Assembly: GCA_027319565.1 (NCBI GenBank)
Contig: DAHVNA010000001.1
Span: 139,526 to 203,525, forward strand
Direction: 5' to 3'
Source: Elusimicrobiota bacterium
GTDB taxonomy: Bacteria > Elusimicrobiota > Elusimicrobia > UBA1565 > UBA9628
DNA length: 64,000 nt
Below, piece after piece: positions 59,282 through 64,000 of the stretch (its first letter is position 1; every line of letters starts with the position of its first letter). Under the pieces are notes generated by a model, which was not told the origin of the DNA, made no database searches, and saw only the letters and a list, made by a program, of their open reading frames with translations. The position numbers and the translations under genes were made by a program.

Positions 59282-59331
59282 ATCCTTCTATGATCTAGAT
59301 CATAGAAGGATTTTTTCCTTTCCTCTATAAT
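59282..59331 (+). promoter_or_regulatory. Perfect 30-bp palindrome with FNR/CRP-like core plus TATAAT; may also terminate the MFS transcript
   Basis: ATCCTTCTATGATCTAGATCATAGAAGGAT (59282-59311), T-run after it, TATAAT at 59326. Confidence 0.7.
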
Positions 59332-59381
59332 CATTGGGTAGCTCGATACCTTTTTAAGCGAGATCTATAGCGAGGTCAATT

Positions 59382-59810
59382 ATGATCTACAAATTTGAAC
59401 CCAGCACGATGGCGACCGGTCTTGACTCTCTCGACCACCAGCATGAAAACCTTTTTGAGCTCTCCAACCGCATGGAGACTTTGGCGCAGGGGGACCTTGA
59501 TCATATTGCCGTTGAGCGCGCCTTGGTGGCTTTGAGAAACTACGGCTTGGCCCATTTTGTCCATGAAGAGCGGATGATGGATGTTTATATATGCCCGCTG
59601 GCCAAGGCCAATAAAGACGCTCACGGCCTTTTTGTTGAAAAAACCAAGGAATGGTTCAGGCGCTTGGGCGAGTGCGGGTCCGATTTGGAAATAAAGAGTT
59701 TGCTCTTTGAGGTCAATAAATTCGTCGGCGAGTGGCTGACAAAGCATATCTGCCGGGTTGACGTAAGCCTTAAGCCTTGCATCCAAAACGTACAGAAAGA
59801 GGCCAAATAA
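59382..59810 (+). CDS. Bacteriohemerythrin
   Basis: TGLDSLDHQH, HFVHEE, DAH, WLTKHICRVD. Confidence 0.9.
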   Translation: MIYKFEPSTMATGLDSLDHQHENLFELSNRMETLAQGDLDHIAVERALVALRNYGLAHFVHEERMMDVYICPLAKANKDAHGLFVEKTKEWFRRLGECGSDLEIKSLLFEVNKFVGEWLTKHICRVDVSLKPCIQNVQKEAK

Positions 59811-59811
59811 A

Positions 59812-60585
59812 ATGAGTATTCTTCATCTCTTTGGACTTCCGCCTGCGGCTTCCAGTTATGCCGCGGATATTGATTTTGGCTTGCGGCTGACTTTTGCCTC
59901 TATTGTTTTTGTTTTCTTTTCCTGGAGCGTCTATTTAGCCTATTTGGTTTTTCGCTATAGAAAAAAACCTGGTTCCCAAGCTGAATACGAAAAATCCGAA
60001 GGGATTTCAAAAGCGATATTGCCGGGGGCCTTGGTTTTGGTTCTGGAAATGGTTTTGATTGTTTTTTGGGAAATTCCGGTCTGGGGAAAAATCAAAGAAG
60101 ATATGCCGATGGGGCCGGATGTGATAGAAATCAACGTCTTGGCCCAGCAGTTTGCCTGGAATATCCAATACCCCGGGCCGGACGGAAAATTTGGCAAGCG
60201 CAAAAAGGAATTAGTCAGCTTCTCAAATCCCATTGGGCTTGATTATAACGATCCGGCGGCCCAAGACGATATTGTCTTAGCCAATGAGCTTCATTTGCCG
60301 CTGGGAAAAACAGCTCTTATTCATCTGATGTCGATGGACGTGGTTCATGATTTTGCCGTTCCGGAATTTCGCATCAAGCAGGACGTAGTTCCAGGGATGG
60401 ATATCCCTTTATGGGTTAAACCGACTAAGGCCGGAACTTATGATTTGGCTTGCGCGCAGTTGTGCGGTTTCGGACACAGCTTGATGGTCGGGCATGTCAT
60501 CGTCCAGAGCCCGGAAGATTTTGCCGCATGGCTTAAAAGCAAGTCTCCGACTCTACCGGTGGCCAATTCCGCCAATAACTTCTAG
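59812..60585 (+). CDS. coxB: Cytochrome c oxidase subunit II
   Basis: Two TM, AQQFAWNIQYP, DVVHDF, KQDVVPG, CuA motif CAQLCGFGHSLM. Confidence 0.95.
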   Translation: MSILHLFGLPPAASSYAADIDFGLRLTFASIVFVFFSWSVYLAYLVFRYRKKPGSQAEYEKSEGISKAILPGALVLVLEMVLIVFWEIPVWGKIKEDMPMGPDVIEINVLAQQFAWNIQYPGPDGKFGKRKKELVSFSNPIGLDYNDPAAQDDIVLANELHLPLGKTALIHLMSMDVVHDFAVPEFRIKQDVVPGMDIPLWVKPTKAGTYDLACAQLCGFGHSLMVGHVIVQSPEDFAAWLKSKSPTLPVANSANNF

Positions 60586-60598
60586 AGAGGTATTTTTG

Positions 60599-62311
60599 AT
60601 GAGCGAACATAAGACCAGTTTCCTGAAAAAATACGTTTTTTCCACGGACCACAAGATCATCGCGCTTCAGTATATGTTTACTTCTCTTTTCGCGCTTTTA
60701 ATCGGATTTTTCTTTGTCTTAATCATGCGTTGGGAACTGGCTTTCCCGATGCATCCGATTCCTCTTTTGGGCCGGCTTTTGTCGGCCAAGCTCGCTCCCA
60801 ATGGCGTGATGTCGCCAGAGCTTTATAACATGCTTGGGGCCATGCACGGCACCGCGATGATCTTCTTGGGAATCGCGCCCTTGGGTTTTGCCGCATTCGG
60901 AAATTACGTCCTTCCGCTTCAAGTCGGGGCTCCGGATATGGCCTTTCCAAAGATTAACATGTTCTCTTATTGGTCTTTCGTCATTGGTTGCTTAATTTTA
61001 GCTTCTTCCTTTTTTCTCCCCAGCGGTCCGCTTCAATCGGGGTGGACGGCTTATCCGCCGCTTTCCGAGATTACGCGCGGGACGACGATCTGGATTCTGG
61101 CGATGGTTTTCATTATCACCTCATCTCTTTTGGGCGCCATCAATTTTATTGTCACCGGGCTGAATATGCGGGCTCCGGGCTTGACCTTGGGCCGCCTGCC
61201 GATTTTTGTCTGGGCGCAGCTGGTCACTTCCGCGATTATTTTGCTGGCGTTTCCGCCGGTTGAAGCGGGGGCGATTCTTCTTTTGATGGATTGCGTGGCC
61301 CACACCAGTTTTTATTTGCCGCAGGGACTGGTGGTTTTGGGCCATGCCTCGGGCGCGGCCGGTGGCGGACAGCCGATTCTTTGGCAGCATCTGTTTTGGT
61401 TTTTAGGGCATCCCGAGGTCTATGTGCTTCTTCTTCCGGCGATTGGAATCATAGCTGAAATCATCGCCAATAATTCCCGCAAACCCCTGTACGGATATAA
61501 AGCGATGGTGGGCTCTCTTTTAACGATTCTCATTTTGTCTTTTATCGTTTGGGCGCATCACCTTTATATTAGCGGTATGAGCCCGTTTTTGTCGGACTTC
61601 TTCGCGATCACGACCTTGGCGATTTCAGTGCCCTCGGTCATTCTTTTAACGTGCCTAGTCTTTAGCCTTCAGGGAGGCTCTATTCGCTTTACGACTCCGA
61701 TGTTGTTCGCGCTCTCATTCTTGCCGCTTTTCGGAATCGGAGGACTGACCGGAATCCCCTTGGGGGTTACCGTCACCGATATTTATCTTCACGACACTTA
61801 TTATGTCATCGGACATTTCCACTATGTCGTGGTCGCGGGAATTTTAATGGCCCTTTTTGGCGGGATTTATTTTTGGTTTCCCAAATGGTTCGGGCGCAAA
61901 ATGGATGAGACGCTCGGAAAAATCCATTTCTGGGGAACGGTCATCGGGATTAACGGGACGTTTTTTCCGATGTTTATCTTAGGGCTTGCCGGGCAATCCC
62001 GCAGATTGTGGGATCCCTTGGCGCAGGCGCATAACGTTCCTTGGCAAAAATGGCATGTCGTCAGCTCTGTTTTTGCCGGAATTCTGCTTCTGGCCCAAAT
62101 TCCGTTTATTTACAATTTCTTCCGCAGCATCTTTAAAGGGGAGCGGGTTTCCGATAATCCCTGGGAAGCGACGACCTTGGATTGGGCTTGCCCGTCTCCG
62201 CCGCCGCATGGAAACTTTGTCAATCCTGTTTGTGCCTATCGCGGTCCCTACGAATATTCGCCGCCCAATCATCGAGACGGTTGGGTTCCTCAAAACGCGG
62301 AAGCGGCGTAA
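60599..62311 (+). CDS. coxA: Cytochrome c oxidase subunit I, A-family (start reassigned to ATG 60599)
   Basis: STDHK, MHG, PDMAFP, GHPEVY, WAHH, HFHY; GAGG RBS before ATG 60599. Confidence 0.96.
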   Translation: MSEHKTSFLKKYVFSTDHKIIALQYMFTSLFALLIGFFFVLIMRWELAFPMHPIPLLGRLLSAKLAPNGVMSPELYNMLGAMHGTAMIFLGIAPLGFAAFGNYVLPLQVGAPDMAFPKINMFSYWSFVIGCLILASSFFLPSGPLQSGWTAYPPLSEITRGTTIWILAMVFIITSSLLGAINFIVTGLNMRAPGLTLGRLPIFVWAQLVTSAIILLAFPPVEAGAILLLMDCVAHTSFYLPQGLVVLGHASGAAGGGQPILWQHLFWFLGHPEVYVLLLPAIGIIAEIIANNSRKPLYGYKAMVGSLLTILILSFIVWAHHLYISGMSPFLSDFFAITTLAISVPSVILLTCLVFSLQGGSIRFTTPMLFALSFLPLFGIGGLTGIPLGVTVTDIYLHDTYYVIGHFHYVVVAGILMALFGGIYFWFPKWFGRKMDETLGKIHFWGTVIGINGTFFPMFILGLAGQSRRLWDPLAQAHNVPWQKWHVVSSVFAGILLLAQIPFIYNFFRSIFKGERVSDNPWEATTLDWACPSPPPHGNFVNPVCAYRGPYEYSPPNHRDGWVPQNAEAA

Positions 62312-62372
62312 CGAACCCGAAACGGGAGCTTTTTGAATTAAATTTGTAACACCCGCCTGTTAAATTCTGGGT

Positions 62373-64000
62373 ATGGATGAGCCCAGGTCTTTGCAGGATA
62401 TCGAGTCCATTCAAAGCCTCGACACCGCGCGTTTGGCTTTGAGATGGGCCCTGGAAAAAATTCAATCTCTTGAAAAAGACAAAGCCGGGCTTTCCGAAAA
62501 AGCCGAAGCGGCGGAAAATGCGCGCGAAAAAACCCAGGAAAATTTAATCTCCCTTCAAAAGACAATCGGCCTTAAAAATGCCGAGTCAACCCAGCGCGAA
62601 CTCTATTACGCGAAACTTGAAGAGTATCTATCTTTGAAGCTGGACGGGAAACTGGATGTCGCCTTGCTCGCGAAAAAAGAATTGGAAGTGTCCCAGCTTC
62701 AAGAGATGCTTTCTCAAAAGCAGCTTCATCTCGAGAAAGATTTCGCGGCGAGAAAAGAGGCCTTGGAGCGCGATTTTAACCGCCTGAGAAGCGAGCTGGA
62801 AACTGAAACCCGGGAAAAAATGCGCCGCTCGGAAGCGACGCTAGAGGCGCGGCGCGCGGCCATTGAAGAAGAATTCCTTTCTAAAAACGCGCAACTGGCC
62901 GACCGAAAGGCCCAAATAGAGGCGGAATCGAAAAATCTAGAGGGAAGAAAAAATCATTTTGAGAGTTATTACAAGGAAGAGAGAGCCCATCTTCAAGCGG
63001 CGCTTAAGGGCTTTCGAGATGAAATCAAGGAAGAAGTGGCTTTGCGCGTTCAGATGGCTGAACGCATTCTGGAAGAGAGAAGAGAATCTCTCGAAAAAGT
63101 TTATTCCGAAGAGCGCGCGCTTTTAATTCGCGAGATAGAAAATTGGCGTTCCAAGGTCAAGGAGTTAGGGCCTAAAAATATAGATTTAGAAAAACTCTTG
63201 GCCCTGGCTGAAGACAAAAATTTGCAGGTTCAGGCCAGTTTAGACCGGATTGTCGTCGCGCGGGAAGCGGAGAGAAGCGCTTATCAAGCCGACAAGGAAG
63301 GACTATTGAAAGATTCGGAAATGTGGCGCAAGCAGGCTTTAGAGCTTTTGGAGGAATCTCAAAATCTTAAGGCGAAATTAAGCGAGGCCCAAACCCGTTC
63401 TGAAATCTCAGAAAAGGAAATCGAAAATTTAAGGGGCCGAATTCAAATTTTGACGGAAGAGTTCTCTTCAAGCCGAAAGAGAAACGAAGAGCTTTGGAAA
63501 AAATCCGTCGCGCTCCAAAATTCCTTGACCGAAGCTCTTGAGCGCTCGGAAATGCTCGAAGAGCGCGGAAAATCAAATGAAGCGCGGATGAAAAAAGAGC
63601 TCAACGACTTTGTTGCAAGGCATGAGGCCCTCAGCGCGGAGTTTAAGGAAACCCGGTCTCTCAGCGCTTCTCAGATGGACCGATTGATACAACTTGAAAA
63701 AGAGCTTTCCCAGGCCCGAGAAGCGGCAATGGCGGCGGATTTAAAGCTTGCCGGGGCGCAAAAAGAAATTGAGATTCTTAAAAACGAGCGACAGGCCGCT
63801 GTCGAAGAAGTGGGAAAATTAAGAAAAGAAATCGAATCGGCGATGATTCAAAATTTGTCTCTGGAAAGAAATCTCTCCGAGCTTGAACAGAAACTGAGGA
63901 AAGAAGAGAATACTCTGGAGATTGAAAGCGGACAATTTAATCACGAAAAAGAAATGTGGAATAAAGAGCGGGAAATTTTAGAAGCGCGTCTTAAGAGTTA
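62373..64000 (+). CDS. Long coiled-coil protein (over 540 aa, 3' truncated by window; absent from ORF track)
   Basis: Hand translation MDEPRSLQDIESIQSLDTARLALRWALEKIQSLE... stays open to the window end; Glu/Lys/Arg/Leu-rich heptads. Confidence 0.88.
   Translation, partial: MDEPRSLQDIESIQSLDTARLALRWALEKIQSLEKDKAGLSEKAEAAENAREKTQENLISLQKTIGLKNAESTQRELYYAKLEEYLSLKLDGKLDVALLAKKELEVSQLQEMLSQKQLHLEKDFAARKEALERDFNRLRSELETETREKMRRSEATLEARRAAIEEEFLSKNAQLADRKAQIEAESKNLEGRKNHFESYYKEERAHLQAALKGFRDEIKEEVALRVQMAERILEERRESLEKVYSEERALLIREIENWRSKVKELGPKNIDLEKLLALAEDKNLQVQASLDRIVVAREAERSAYQADKEGLLKDSEMWRKQALELLEESQNLKAKLSEAQTRSEISEKEIENLRGRIQILTEEFSSSRKRNEELWKKSVALQNSLTEALERSEMLEERGKSNEARMKKELNDFVARHEALSAEFKETRSLSASQMDRLIQLEKELSQAREAAMAADLKLAGAQKEIEILKNERQAAVEEVGKLRKEIESAMIQNLSLERNLSELEQKLRKEENTLEIESGQFNHEKEMWNKEREILEARLKS

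Noticed and set aside
60494..60598. N-terminal extension of CoxA overlapping coxB
   Set aside because: ATG 60599 has an RBS and gives a normal subunit I start.
62316..62335. Intrinsic terminator after coxA (CCCG-AAA-CGGG then T-run)
   Set aside because: Stem is only 4 bp and separated from the T-run; too weak to call.

Overview
Gene-dense, roughly 50% GC window from a diderm, LPS-producing bacterium (gmhA, rfaE2, GT9 heptosyltransferase, TonB/ExbBD, beta-barrel OMP). Gene style suggests an uncultured Elusimicrobiota-like lineage; this is inference and was not tested. Housekeeping genes are ruvA (end), ruvB, SpoIID-like, ahcY, thyX, glgC, phoH, ybeY, two PPIases, mfd, hemC and a divergent alr. 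Other content: a two-component cluster ending in an ankyrin/caspase lipoprotein, a GldAFG-type ABC operon, nucleobase/nucleoside transporters, a fatty-acid desaturase, and a hemerythrin-coxB-coxA operon. I saw no rRNA, tRNA, CRISPR array, transposase or prophage. Main leads: (1) two unlinked genes 28 kb apart, an exported protein kinase and an MFS transporter with a Sec signal and apparent ATC start, share an identically spaced double GGCC-box promoter and a signal peptide + low-complexity + LFD leader, suggesting an undescribed co-regulated exported-cargo system; (2) an 11-kb operon encoding a TPR scaffold, an 8-repeat Ig rod with OmpA/MotB domain, TolQ, two TolR and TonB, resembling a proton-driven envelope or gliding motor; (3) a 144-bp CTAG-flanked palindromic element inserted in frame into a signal peptide; (4) a perfect 30-bp palindrome that could be both a terminator and a -41.5 FNR/CRP-type site for an oxidase lacking the K-channel lysine; (5) many apparently leaderless genes.
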